In this document: positions 25,115 to 35,268 of the stretch, piece after piece
Layout of the letters: every line of letters starts with the position of its first letter
Position numbering within the stretch: position 1 is the stretch's first letter
NCBI GenBank assembly: GCA_963707655.1
Contig: OY970172.1
Coordinates: forward strand, 448,001 to 512,000
Origin: an uncultured bacterium
Lineage (GTDB): Bacteria; Babelota; Babeliae; Babelales; Vermiphilaceae
Reading direction: 5' to 3'
DNA length: 64,000 nucleotides
The notes under the pieces: generated by a model
Told to the model about the DNA's origin: nothing
Databases searched by the model: none
The model's input: the letters and a program-made list of their open reading frames with translations, nothing else
Program-made: the position numbers and the translations under genes

Positions 25115-27583
25115 ATGGAAGTCTCAAAACGCTCCCTTCTGCTTGTTGTTACATTACTTGTTTCAACATCTCTTATGTATGCGAATGAGCCTGTTAAGGG
25201 TTTCAAAGCGCTTGTCGGCACCGTTCCTGCAGAAATTCAAGAACTGGCAGACTATTTTAAGGGTAAACAATCTGTTTTTAACGATTATTCGGTTAAGTTG
25301 CCCAAAGGTATTTTGTTAATGGGGCAACCGGGCATAGGAAAAACAAGCCTAGCCAAAGCATTATCTGAAGAAATAGAGTGCAATTTTATCTATAAAAATG
25401 CCTCTGATTTGGAAGATGCCGATGCTGTAGAAGAATTATTTGAACAAGCACGTGCCGATGCCAAAAAGAACAAATATGGCAAAACAGTTATATTTATAGA
25501 CTATTTTGATGTTTTTTGTTTACAAGGCAATAATGCCGGTGCCGATACAAGAAGCAATGTCTTGGCTCTGATTAATGAGATGGACGGCTTTAAGTATGAC
25601 GATTCAGTTCTTGTAATTGCTGCATGTCATGCTGACAACTTTGATAAATCATTAATACGCGCCGGTAGATTTGATAAAGTTGTTGAAATGGCTTTGCCAA
25701 ATCCCGCGCAACGTATTGCCATGATCAAAAAATTTCATGAAAATTGTAAAATTCCTTTCGATGCAGCTATCGATTTCAATAAAATAGCCGCTCTATCTTT
25801 TAATTTTACGCCCGCCGATCTTAAACAGTTAGTTAATCATGCCCATGCCTGTGCAAAAGCAGAATCAACAAAGACTATTACTGACAAACAGATGCTGTCA
25901 TCTCTTATTACCATATTGCGTACCAAGAGCCGCAGCGATAAAGATTTAACGGTCAGAATTAAAGTGATAATGGATTTGCTCAATAAAAAGAAAGATGAAA
26001 AAAGAGGGTTTGCCCGTTTAGTCGGTTCCGTGCCTGATGAGATAAAAGAATTAGTTGAACAAATACGGGATGATGCTCGTTTTAAAAAATTTAAATTAGA
26101 TATTCCCAAGGGGATATTGCTTTCCGGTCCTCCAGGTACAGGTAAAACTACCCTGGTAAGAGCGCTTTCTGAAGAAGCGGGCTGTGAATTTATGGCAGTC
26201 TCCGGCGCTGAGTTTGTTGACAAATTCGTCGGCGGTGGTTCGCAAAAAATAAGAGATCTTTTTAAAGAAGCACGCCAAAAAGCGGTAAATAGTGAATCAA
26301 AAAAAACCATTATCTTTATTGATGAAATAGATGCAATTGGTACGCGCCAGGGTAACTCTATGGATTCTACCATTACTGAATTGCTAACACAGATGGATGG
26401 TTTTAATGAGGATGATTCTATCATTGTTATGGCTGCGACAAATAATCCAGGCAATCTTGATGCCGCATTGCTCAGACCGGGAAGATTTAATAAAATTCTC
26501 CAAATTGGATTGCCTGATCTTGCAAAACGAGAAGATCTTTTAAAGTATTACACGCAATCAATTCCTCTTGCTGCTGGGATTGATTTGAAAAAAATTGCAA
26601 AAGTAGCCAATAATTTTAGCCCTGCTGATTTGCGAGAATTGGTACAAAAGGCCTCTTCATTGGCACTTAAAGGTGGCTCGACCCAGTTGCAAGAAAAACA
26701 TTTTGTTGAAGGACTGAGAAAAACTCTTACTGAAAGAATGATTAAGGGTGAAAAAGATATCCAACAACAATTAGATGCTTTGGATGCTTTATTTAATGGT
26801 AAAGAAAATACCAAAGGCTTTAAACGCCTTGCCGGTGGTGTTGAACCAGAAATTGAAGATCTGGTAAAAATGCTCAATGGTGAATTTGACTATGCGAGTT
26901 TTGGCTTGCCATTCCCTAAAGGCATCTTGCTTGCGGGCCCTCCGGGTACCGGTAAAACTGCCTTGGTAAGAGCATTGGCTGAAGAATCTGGTTGTGAATT
27001 TATTCAAGCAAAAGGTTCTGATTTTATTGAAAAATATGTTGGTGTGGGTGCTCAACGTGTTCGTGAGTTATTTGATGAAGCACGAAAAAAAGCCAAAGGC
27101 AATGCTTATGGCAAGACCATTATATTTATTGATGAATTAGATGCTATTGGATCACGCTCTACTTCTGATAACTCAGAAACACAACGTACGGTAACAGAAT
27201 TGCTTACTCAAATGGATGGATTCTACAAAGATGAATCAGTAATCGTGATTGGTGCTACCAATGCACCCTCAGCGCTGGACCAGGCTTTATTGCGTGCAGG
27301 AAGATTTGATACGATTATCGAAATACCGTTGCCAAACCTTGCCAAGCGTAAAGCATTATTTACTTTCTATGGTAAAAATAGACCTATAGCACCAGCTGTT
27401 GCGATTGACAAACTTGCGATAGAGATGGAAGGCTGCAATGCCGCTGATATTAAAAATCTTATCGATAAAGCTGCCCAACTTGCTATGAGGGCAAAACAAA
27501 AAACTATTTCGCAACAGCATTTTGATCAGGCGCTTGCTGCAATTCAAGCTGCTGAAGATAAAAAAAATACTCGTTATGTATAA
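25115..27583 (+). CDS. Signal-peptide protein with three tandem classical (FtsH/Cdc48-clade) AAA modules
   Basis: Three PKGILLxGxPGxGKT motifs; Walker B IFIDYFD / IFIDEID / IFIDELD; three SRH motifs (RAGRFD, RPGRFN, RAGRFD). Confidence 0.9.
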   Translation: MEVSKRSLLLVVTLLVSTSLMYANEPVKGFKALVGTVPAEIQELADYFKGKQSVFNDYSVKLPKGILLMGQPGIGKTSLAKALSEEIECNFIYKNASDLEDADAVEELFEQARADAKKNKYGKTVIFIDYFDVFCLQGNNAGADTRSNVLALINEMDGFKYDDSVLVIAACHADNFDKSLIRAGRFDKVVEMALPNPAQRIAMIKKFHENCKIPFDAAIDFNKIAALSFNFTPADLKQLVNHAHACAKAESTKTITDKQMLSSLITILRTKSRSDKDLTVRIKVIMDLLNKKKDEKRGFARLVGSVPDEIKELVEQIRDDARFKKFKLDIPKGILLSGPPGTGKTTLVRALSEEAGCEFMAVSGAEFVDKFVGGGSQKIRDLFKEARQKAVNSESKKTIIFIDEIDAIGTRQGNSMDSTITELLTQMDGFNEDDSIIVMAATNNPGNLDAALLRPGRFNKILQIGLPDLAKREDLLKYYTQSIPLAAGIDLKKIAKVANNFSPADLRELVQKASSLALKGGSTQLQEKHFVEGLRKTLTERMIKGEKDIQQQLDALDALFNGKENTKGFKRLAGGVEPEIEDLVKMLNGEFDYASFGLPFPKGILLAGPPGTGKTALVRALAEESGCEFIQAKGSDFIEKYVGVGAQRVRELFDEARKKAKGNAYGKTIIFIDELDAIGSRSTSDNSETQRTVTELLTQMDGFYKDESVIVIGATNAPSALDQALLRAGRFDTIIEIPLPNLAKRKALFTFYGKNRPIAPAVAIDKLAIEMEGCNAADIKNLIDKAAQLAMRAKQKTISQQHFDQALAAIQAAEDKKNTRYV

Positions 27584-27596
27584 AGTGGAGAATACT

Positions 27597-27908
27597 ATGA
27601 ACATGAGAATACAACCATTAATCTGTTTATTACTGTTATGGGCTGCCGATGCATGCACAATGCAACAACAAGTACAAAATCAGCAGGTAGCTGCAGTTGC
27701 GGCGAAAAAAAAGCAGAAAAAACAGAAAGTCAATGCTGAAACTAAAGAGAGCGAAAGCGCTACTGCGACTAATGTTGTAACTGAAGAAAGCAATGTTGCC
27801 AACACTCCCGTCGCAGAAGAAAAAACAAAAGAACATAAAAAAAGAGTTCTTCTTTGTTCTCTGTGTGGAGACCCAAAGTGTCCTTGGTCCCAAGAGGTTG
27901 AAGATTAA
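27597..27908 (+). CDS. Hypothetical secreted protein, paralog A (Lys patch, C-terminal Cys cluster)
   Basis: ggag RBS, signal peptide, KKKQKKQK, CSLCGDPKC. Confidence 0.7.
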   Translation: MNMRIQPLICLLLLWAADACTMQQQVQNQQVAAVAAKKKQKKQKVNAETKESESATATNVVTEESNVANTPVAEEKTKEHKKRVLLCSLCGDPKCPWSQEVED

Positions 27909-27929
27909 TTGTACAAAGTGGAAAATATT

Positions 27930-28448
27930 ATGAATAAAAGAATGCAATCATTGATCTGTTTATTACTGTTATGCGCTGCCGATGTCTGCGCAATGCAGCA
28001 ACAACAAGTTCAACCACAAGATCACCAGGTAGAAGCAGGTGCAGTGAAAAAGCATAAAAAACAGAAAGTCGATGTAGATGCAGAAACTAAAGAGAGCGAA
28101 AGCGCTGCTCCGGCCGATATTGCAACCGAAGAAAAAAATGTTGCCGATACCGCTGCGAGTGAAAATACAACCACTGATAATGCTTCGCAATCGATAGAAA
28201 CAAATGCAGCAGATAATAAGACAGAGGCAAAAACAAAAAAACATGTTCGCATGTGTCATCATGGTCGTCATTGTGGGAAACCTGCTGCTGATTGTCCGCA
28301 TGAGCAGTATTTTGAAAGCAGGGGTATTACAATGCCTTGTGGATGCCCTGAATGCCGCATGACGGAGGAATTCGAGAAGACAATTCAAGCTGCCATTGCA
28401 GAGATGAAAGTGAGAGGTATTCCGTTTGGTTATGGGTACCATTCTTAA
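27930..28448 (+). CDS. Hypothetical secreted protein, paralog B (Lys patch, Cys/His cluster)
   Basis: N-terminal half similar to paralog A (AETKESESA shared); CHHGRHC..CPH..CGCPEC. Confidence 0.75.
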   Translation: MNKRMQSLICLLLLCAADVCAMQQQQVQPQDHQVEAGAVKKHKKQKVDVDAETKESESAAPADIATEEKNVADTAASENTTTDNASQSIETNAADNKTEAKTKKHVRMCHHGRHCGKPAADCPHEQYFESRGITMPCGCPECRMTEEFEKTIQAAIAEMKVRGIPFGYGYHS

Positions 28449-28472
28449 TTGCTTATGACCAATCTCGCCGAA

Positions 28473-30392
28473 TTAGACATAGAGCGGAATAACCCCTGGT
28501 CCGCTCTTGCTCACCTGCTCGCCGGTTTTTTCATCAATAAAAATTTCTTGTAATGACGGGTCGTATGAAAACTGCTTTTTAGTGCAGTTCATTTTTTCAT
28601 ACAATCTCTGCCAGATAGGAAAAGCGGTATGAATAGGAAATACATTTATCCCTAATGATTGATTATCATCGCAGCCGATATAAATACCGGTGGTTAATGT
28701 GGGCGTTGCTCCAATGAACCAGCAGGTACGCGAATCATTGGTTGTTCCCGTTTTACTCACCACCTGCGCATCAACAATCTGATTTCCCAGTTTGCAGCGC
28801 ACCCTATTTATGCCAAGTTCTAAAACTTTTGCAATTTGTCCGTTGATACGGCTTTCAATCACCCTTCCGCCGATACTGTTTTGTTTAAAGATTTTTGTAC
28901 CCCATCTATCTTTAACCCATTTAACACAATGCGGCTCAATGTACGTGCCATCATGCGCAAAAATATTAAACAGCCCGGTGGCCTGCATGAGTGAAACATC
29001 AACACAGCCCAATGCCAATGACGGGTACGGATTGTGACGCGCATCGATGTTGCATTTTTCTGCCAAGGCAATGATTGGCGCCGCTCCTGTTTTTAAAAAT
29101 GTTTTTATCGCAACAATGTTATTTGAATGAGACAGCGCATAGGCGCGCGTAATTTCCCCAAGAAATTTATGGTTATAATTTTTTGGCTTCCACAAAGAGC
29201 CGCTACTTTCAAATTCGAATGGTTCATCAACTTCTGTATCTGCCAAGCTTAATCCTGCATTCAGTGCTGCTGCGTACACTATCGGTTTTAAAATAGAGCC
29301 CAATTGCCGCTTAGCTTGCAAGGCGCGATTAAACTTTGATTGCGTGAATTGATAGCCGCCAACCAGCGCTTTTATTTCACCCGTATCGGGCTGCATGCTG
29401 AGCAATGCCCCATCAACATTCATGTTGAGCGCTGCGCGTAAATCAGTAATTTGCTGAGCAAATGCCTTGTTGGCCTTTTCTTGCAGTGCCCTGTTGAGCG
29501 ATGTCTGAATAGTCAGACCTCCCGCATACAACTCTTTGCGACCAAAAAGCAGTTCTAGCTGTTGCCGTATCATTTCTTGCGCGTGGGGTGCCAGTGCTGC
29601 TTCTTCTGAAACAATGAGCTTAAGCTCTTTCTGACTGAGTTCTGCATAGTGCTCTTCGCTGATGAATGACAGTTTTTGCATTTGCGAAAGCACCACATTC
29701 CGCCGCTGTTGCGAAGACAGTGGATACAGCAGAGGACAATATCTGCCCGGTGAGCGAATAATGCCGGCCAAAACCGCCGCTTGATCAACAGTAATTTCAG
29801 TTGCTGAACAATGCCAAAAGCGTTGGCATGCCGCTTCGATGCCGTAAATACCACAGCCAAAATAGATATGATTAAGATAGGTTTGCAAAATCTGTTCTTT
29901 GGTGCATTGATATTCAATAATCAGCGCATACAGCTGCTCTTTGATTTTGCGTTTAAAGGTTTTTTGTGGGTCAAAAAAAAGTAATTTTACCAACTGTTGC
30001 GTAATGGTACTAGCTCCCTGCATTTTTTTTCCATGATAGAGATTAACCACCATAGAGCGAATGATCCCTTTTAATGATATGCCTACATGATTAAAAAATT
30101 GCCAATCCTCTGCGGCAACAAATGCCTGAATAAGATGCGGTGGCATTTGATTCAGCACAATAGGCTCGCGCCGATCAAGCTGGAATCGAGCCCACTCGTT
30201 GCCTTCATCATCAAGCAAAAGAGAAGGCTTGCCCGCCTGATATGCAGCTAGCGGCGAAAAATCTACCGTGATGTGATTGATAATAAAAAAAATCACACCG
30301 AGTATAAAAGCAGAACTGATAAAAAGCGCTGCTCCTGCATAGTTAAGAAAAGAGCTTAAAAAAGGAAAACGGTGATTGAGCATGCGTGGCAT
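28473..30392 (-). CDS. Class A penicillin-binding protein (PBP1A family)
   Basis: AAEDWQF, GASTITQQLVK, YLNHIYFG, GSILKP, SNN and KTGT motifs. Confidence 0.92.
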   Translation of the reverse strand: MPRMLNHRFPFLSSFLNYAGAALFISSAFILGVIFFIINHITVDFSPLAAYQAGKPSLLLDDEGNEWARFQLDRREPIVLNQMPPHLIQAFVAAEDWQFFNHVGISLKGIIRSMVVNLYHGKKMQGASTITQQLVKLLFFDPQKTFKRKIKEQLYALIIEYQCTKEQILQTYLNHIYFGCGIYGIEAACQRFWHCSATEITVDQAAVLAGIIRSPGRYCPLLYPLSSQQRRNVVLSQMQKLSFISEEHYAELSQKELKLIVSEEAALAPHAQEMIRQQLELLFGRKELYAGGLTIQTSLNRALQEKANKAFAQQITDLRAALNMNVDGALLSMQPDTGEIKALVGGYQFTQSKFNRALQAKRQLGSILKPIVYAAALNAGLSLADTEVDEPFEFESSGSLWKPKNYNHKFLGEITRAYALSHSNNIVAIKTFLKTGAAPIIALAEKCNIDARHNPYPSLALGCVDVSLMQATGLFNIFAHDGTYIEPHCVKWVKDRWGTKIFKQNSIGGRVIESRINGQIAKVLELGINRVRCKLGNQIVDAQVVSKTGTTNDSRTCWFIGATPTLTTGIYIGCDDNQSLGINVFPIHTAFPIWQRLYEKMNCTKKQFSYDPSLQEIFIDEKTGEQVSKSGPGVIPLYV

Positions 30393-30457
30393 CGAGAATA
30401 ATTTTAGAAAACATTATATAGCTTCATGATATAATTTTTTGATCAAGACGGAAAGTA

Positions 30458-30877
30458 CTATGTTGGCTGCGCGCCCAAGATATCGCGGGTAATGGCGAGT
30501 TCTTTTTGGCATTTTTCCATCGCGGCAACGAAGGCTCCCAGAGAAGGAAGCAAAGAGTTAATTTCATTTGGCATGCGCGCAAGGGCGTCACTAGCCTCAT
30601 CAATATATTGAATTACCAGAACTGTATTACAACTCACCGTTTCATCTTGAATTTCTAAAATGTTTTGCCTATTTTTTTCCAATGCACCTTTTATATAGGC
30701 GTATGATATTGGATTTGTTTGCAAATTATCCGATTGCAAGCGTATTTGTCTTTGCGCGGTGGCGAGAATGGCAAGATCTAAATCTGTTTGATGCATAGGA
30801 ACATGAGGCTTTTTATTATCCATAGCACGCGCTGAAAAAATTATTAGTGTGGCAAAAAATATTTTTGTACTGCTCAT
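30458..30877 (-). CDS. Hypothetical secreted protein
   Basis: ggag RBS, signal peptide ending ARA|MDN. Confidence 0.65.
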   Translation of the reverse strand: MSSTKIFFATLIIFSARAMDNKKPHVPMHQTDLDLAILATAQRQIRLQSDNLQTNPISYAYIKGALEKNRQNILEIQDETVSCNTVLVIQYIDEASDALARMPNEINSLLPSLGAFVAAMEKCQKELAITRDILGAQPT

Positions 30878-30980
30878 GAGCGCTCCACAGATTCTGATAG
30901 AGAGATACATCTGTTGCTAGTATATTACCCCGAACATGCAAAGTGCAATAGCTGAAAAATGAAACTCCGCATGAATAATC

Positions 30981-32321
30981 TCATTCGCCAACATCAGTAT
31001 AGTTTTTGTAAGTGGCAAGATATGATGAGGCAAAAGATTCGCCTACTTTTAGCTCGCCCCACGCATCAAAGCTGTTACCATAGCCGGTATGCGGCGCTAC
31101 CAAGAAGGTGCATACGATACCATCCCAAAGACCATTTTTAAAAATATGTTTTGGTTCCCATAATTTCGCAATGCCATCTTCGAGCATCATTGAAAACAAT
31201 GGTTTATCCGCATGTTGATGGGCTCTAAAAATAGCGCGCAGGTGAATATCGTGCTCATCTAATCGTGTGCGCAAATCTTCTATAAGCGGTTTTCCCAACT
31301 TCCACCCTCTTCCTTCATGATATTCAATGGTAGATGCGCCGGAATCGCACATAAAATCATGCCACAAAAAGCCGAGGTGTACCGGTGTTGTCGGGCCGTC
31401 AATTTTCATGTTGGTAGCATATTCATGTCGCGGTAGATTGTCATGGAGTTCATGCCGCACAGAGTGCGATAGCTTGGCAAGCATACTTTTACGTTCTAAG
31501 GTATCAAAGGCGTGATATTTTACCGATGACCGTGATTTAAGAAAATCCACAGGATCATAGCCGACTTCCCATCCCCCATGGCAGCATAAAATATAATCAC
31601 GCGCTTGCGGTTTTCCAAGACCAAGATACAACGCAACGGGAAGACTATTGTATACTTTTTGCAACAGTTCAATCATAGTAGCATCTGCCGCATTGCCAAA
31701 TTTTTGCGTGAGCTCATTAACAAATCCATAGCGCTCATTCAAATGTAAATCTTCATGATTGCCGCGCACCATAAAAACATGATCAGGATTTTCTATTTTC
31801 AAGCGCAGAATTGTATAGATTGTCTCAACACCAAAATCGCCACGATCGACATAATCCCCCAAAAATATGAGGTAAAAATTATCTTTAATAATGCGAAACG
31901 GATTCTGTTTATCAAGATACCCTTTATGCGCAAGTGAAGCTAAGTAGCTATTAAGCGCATGCACATTGCCGTGAAGATCGCCATGAAAAGCGGCTATTGA
32001 TTGTGCTGGCAAATGTAATTTTTGCACGAAGGGAATAAATGCGTCGGGAAGCTCTTTGTGTATTTTGTTGGTATTGAGCCATGCTTTTGTGTCAGTAATT
32101 TGATTATGCGCAACGCGTAAAAATTGTTTTATAGTATGTTTAAACTGTTCGGCAGATATTATAGTTTCTGATGTGTCTGAGTCGAGCGCATTGTTGCAGG
32201 CATCGTACCATTGAGAGAATGTATGATGCCTGTCCGCCATAGCTTTAGCGACGGCGGAATTGTCAAATGAAGCAGGCAGTGAAAGGAAAAAAAACAAGAG
32301 TACAATATATCTTTTAAACAT
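30981..32321 (-). CDS. Secreted PPP-family Ser/Thr phosphatase-like metallophosphoesterase
   Basis: GDLHG, GDYVDRG, RGNHE, HGG and RAHQ motifs; N-terminal signal peptide; aagga RBS. Confidence 0.88.
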   Translation of the reverse strand: MFKRYIVLLFFFLSLPASFDNSAVAKAMADRHHTFSQWYDACNNALDSDTSETIISAEQFKHTIKQFLRVAHNQITDTKAWLNTNKIHKELPDAFIPFVQKLHLPAQSIAAFHGDLHGNVHALNSYLASLAHKGYLDKQNPFRIIKDNFYLIFLGDYVDRGDFGVETIYTILRLKIENPDHVFMVRGNHEDLHLNERYGFVNELTQKFGNAADATMIELLQKVYNSLPVALYLGLGKPQARDYILCCHGGWEVGYDPVDFLKSRSSVKYHAFDTLERKSMLAKLSHSVRHELHDNLPRHEYATNMKIDGPTTPVHLGFLWHDFMCDSGASTIEYHEGRGWKLGKPLIEDLRTRLDEHDIHLRAIFRAHQHADKPLFSMMLEDGIAKLWEPKHIFKNGLWDGIVCTFLVAPHTGYGNSFDAWGELKVGESFASSYLATYKNYTDVGE

Positions 32322-32569
32322 AATAATCCTTATGTAATGCCTTATAGATTCATTATATTTTGATCGTATAGTGTCTGCCATTTTTGTCAAAAGAGGGTTG
32401 CTGGTCTATTGATTAGGGATGGAAAAAATACCCCTTGGCCTTCTTGTTTTTGTCTGCCAGAAATAGATATGCTGCCAAGCTATTTTGTAAGATTTATTTT
32501 ACCCTTGAATCATCCCCTCATTCTCTATAGACTGCTTCTAAACAGTCCACCCATTTACGGTATTATAGT

Positions 32570-33010
32570 ATGAATTCCAAACGTGTTAACCTTAAGCCAT
32601 ATCTGTTTATTTTTTTATTATTCGTTATTGATATTGTTGCCTTCAATTTTTTGGAAAAACAACTCATATGCGCGCTACTTTGCCTATATATAGTGCAAAT
32701 AACCAGGCCTTTGAAAGCCGGGCACGTATTGTTAAGTACTCTGCTCCTTTTTATCGAATCATCTTTATATTACGGCCGATTTGGGTTGCAATTTATTTAT
32801 CTAACCCCCCTGCTGCTCATCGGCTTATCTATGCAAAAAACATTTTACAAAAGTAGGTTATATCCTTATTTGCTCTTGATTATCGCCCTCTTATGTGCCA
32901 CCGCCGTAGAATATTTTATTTTGGGGTTATCAGTATCATTGAGCTATACAATTTCGCAAATTCTTGTTAATATAGGAATGTTATGGATACTATCTTTGAC
33001 ATATAAATAA
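32570..33010 (+). CDS. Small polytopic membrane protein (possibly a divergent MreD-like protein)
   Basis: About five hydrophobic segments; family not certain. Confidence 0.6.
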   Translation: MNSKRVNLKPYLFIFLLFVIDIVAFNFLEKQLICALLCLYIVQITRPLKAGHVLLSTLLLFIESSLYYGRFGLQFIYLTPLLLIGLSMQKTFYKSRLYPYLLLIIALLCATAVEYFILGLSVSLSYTISQILVNIGMLWILSLTYK

Positions 33011-33011
33011 C

Positions 33012-33362
33012 AAGGTAGACAAGGCAATCGCTTTATGATTAATCGTAAAGAGGAAAGTCCGGACTCCCAACGAACAAGGTACCTCGGAAGAGTAATCAAT
33101 CGAGGGGGGCGTAAGCCCATGGAAAGTGCCACAGAAAATAACCGCCAATCGTCAGTAAAATGGCGTTGGTAAGGGTGAAAATGTGCGGTAAGAGCGCACG
33201 ATTAATGCTAGCAATAGCAATAAGGGGTAAACCCTACCTGGAGCAAGACAAAATAGGCATGTGTCGGTTGTTCGTTCCGGTTTAAACATGCGGGTATGTC
33301 GCTTAGATAAATGGTTGCCACTTGCTCTGCATAGAACAGAATCCGGCTTATTGTTTACCTTT
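33012..33362 (+). ncRNA. rnpB: RNase P RNA
   Basis: gaggaaagtccggactc, agtgccacagaaa, ggtaagagcgcac and acagaatccggctta; termini aaggtagacaa / ttgtttacctt pair (P1). Confidence 0.97.
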
Positions 33363-33477
33363 ATTTTTATATCATTTCGAACAATTCGAAACAGAGATGT
33401 TCATAGTATTCTATAACTAAGTTCTTCTCCCCCCATTCCCATAATATCCACTATAAAAAGGATGAGTAAAAAGCAGC

Positions 33478-34245
33478 ATGAAATTCAATTCTTATTTCTG
33501 GCTTATTCCTTTTATCAGTTTTGTATTTGGTTATTATCTCGTTTCACTGGTGTATCAATCACCGGTGAGCAAAACCCCTTCTTTGGTTGGCACGTCATTA
33601 CAAGATGCTGTTTTGCAAACATCTGAATTAAATCTTAATATCCGCATTGTTGGCCACAAACAAGAAACCGATTTGCCCGAAGCTACGATTATGAGCCAAA
33701 TGCCTCAAGCGGGCACCGCTATTAAAGCAAACCAGGCGCTGTATTGCGTAATTTCTGAAAAGCCTGCTATACCCCATGTCCCTCATCTGCTCAAAAAAAA
33801 TAAAGAGGCAGTTATTGTCGAACTCAACAAGCGTGGCCTCCGCTTTAAAATCTTTTACACAGAAAGCATATTACCCCTGGATACGTGCGTTGCCCAATGG
33901 CCGAATTCAGGCACACAAGGGGATGTTACCAAGAGCGTGATTGTGTATCTTTCTGCCGGAAGCAATAAACCCATTATATGGCCCGACTTTAAAGGCATGC
34001 CATTGCCTGATGTGTTAGAATTTCTTGCCATACAAGGGATTAGCCCGATAGTGAACCATACAACATTACTCGAGCCTGGGCATGTTTGTGGGTATGATTG
34101 CCTGGTTGTTGACCAGCGCCCCGTGGCGGGCTCAATTTTGGCCCTTAACTCGAACAAAAACCTTCAAGTCCAATTGCAGGTTTGTTCACCCAACTCAAGC
34201 ACTGCGCCCAGCATGAATCGTAAAAAAAGCCGCTATCAAACCTAA
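33478..34245 (+). CDS. PASTA-domain membrane protein
   Basis: N-terminal TM; three repeats of P.L.G ... Q.P..G (TPSLVG, VPHLL, WPDFKG). Confidence 0.8.
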   Translation: MKFNSYFWLIPFISFVFGYYLVSLVYQSPVSKTPSLVGTSLQDAVLQTSELNLNIRIVGHKQETDLPEATIMSQMPQAGTAIKANQALYCVISEKPAIPHVPHLLKKNKEAVIVELNKRGLRFKIFYTESILPLDTCVAQWPNSGTQGDVTKSVIVYLSAGSNKPIIWPDFKGMPLPDVLEFLAIQGISPIVNHTTLLEPGHVCGYDCLVVDQRPVAGSILALNSNKNLQVQLQVCSPNSSTAPSMNRKKSRYQT

Positions 34246-34428
34246 ACAATTTAGGTGTCCGCTTTCGCCCCATTACCCATTTGATTTACAAAAATATTAT
34301 TACCTGTATTATTAATACTATGTAGTGAAGAAAGCATTTTTTTGTTGTTCTTCATCAGAATATAACGCGCAATTGCGTGTTGGAAAATGGGTAATCTTTT
34401 AGTTAATCAAAAAATAGTGAGAAATATT

Positions 34429-35211
34429 ATGAAAACGATTTTTAAAACATTATTATTTTCAGTGCTTGTTACCGGCTCAACACTTTTTTCAAGCGAGTTG
34501 ACCCAATTAACAGATGTATCTCCGAACAAAGTAGAAATTGCATGGGATGTGCATGATGTGCTGGTTAAACCGCACCACTGGACAAAAATAGTTTCGCATT
34601 CTTGTAAACACGGTGGTTGGCCTTTGGCGCAAGCCATAGGATCCTTGGTCTTTTATGACTCGGTGAAATCACTCTTTACTCTGCAAATGCAAGGAAGCTG
34701 GAAAGTGGCAAAAGAGAGTTACCAAATTATTAAACAAGGCGGTACCGGTGATAGCATTAGGCATAAGATAAATCAGTATGATGAAAGACTTGGCCAATCT
34801 GCCAATGGGGTTATTGCTAATATGTTTGATCCTATGCCTGGCATGGCGAACGTTACAAAAGAGTTAGCACAATTAGGTTATTCTCAACGTCTATGCACTA
34901 ACGGCGGTTCTGGCGAGATAGAAATCGTAAAACAATCATTACCAGAAGTATTTGAATCACTCGAAGTTGGAAAAACGGTTGTTTATCAAGAAGATGGTAC
35001 TTTCAGTTCCAAAAAACCGTCATTACAATATTTTACTGAGTACCAAGATACCTATAACCCTGACCGAACAAAAACTATCGTTTTTATTGATGATAAGATG
35101 GAAAACGTTATCGGTGCTCGCGAAGCAGGCCTTACTGCCATACTTTTTGAAAATGCTGAACAGGTACGCGCTGATTTTAAAACATTGGGTATTCCTCTAG
35201 CGAATCTCTAA
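34429..35211 (+). CDS. HAD-superfamily hydrolase with signal peptide
   Basis: WDVHDV (motif I), CTN, KKP, FIDDKMENVIGAREAGL. Confidence 0.8.
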   Translation: MKTIFKTLLFSVLVTGSTLFSSELTQLTDVSPNKVEIAWDVHDVLVKPHHWTKIVSHSCKHGGWPLAQAIGSLVFYDSVKSLFTLQMQGSWKVAKESYQIIKQGGTGDSIRHKINQYDERLGQSANGVIANMFDPMPGMANVTKELAQLGYSQRLCTNGGSGEIEIVKQSLPEVFESLEVGKTVVYQEDGTFSSKKPSLQYFTEYQDTYNPDRTKTIVFIDDKMENVIGAREAGLTAILFENAEQVRADFKTLGIPLANL

Positions 35212-35238
35212 TAGAACAATAATCAAATAATTTTTAAT

Positions 35239-35268
35239 AAAAAAGCCTCGAACGTTCGAGGCTTTTTT
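35239..35268. terminator. Bidirectional terminator
   Basis: Perfect palindrome aaaaaagcctcgaacgttcgaggctttttt between convergent genes. Confidence 0.85.

Noticed and set aside
32944..33132. 62-aa minus-strand ORF
   Set aside because: Antisense to the RNase P RNA.
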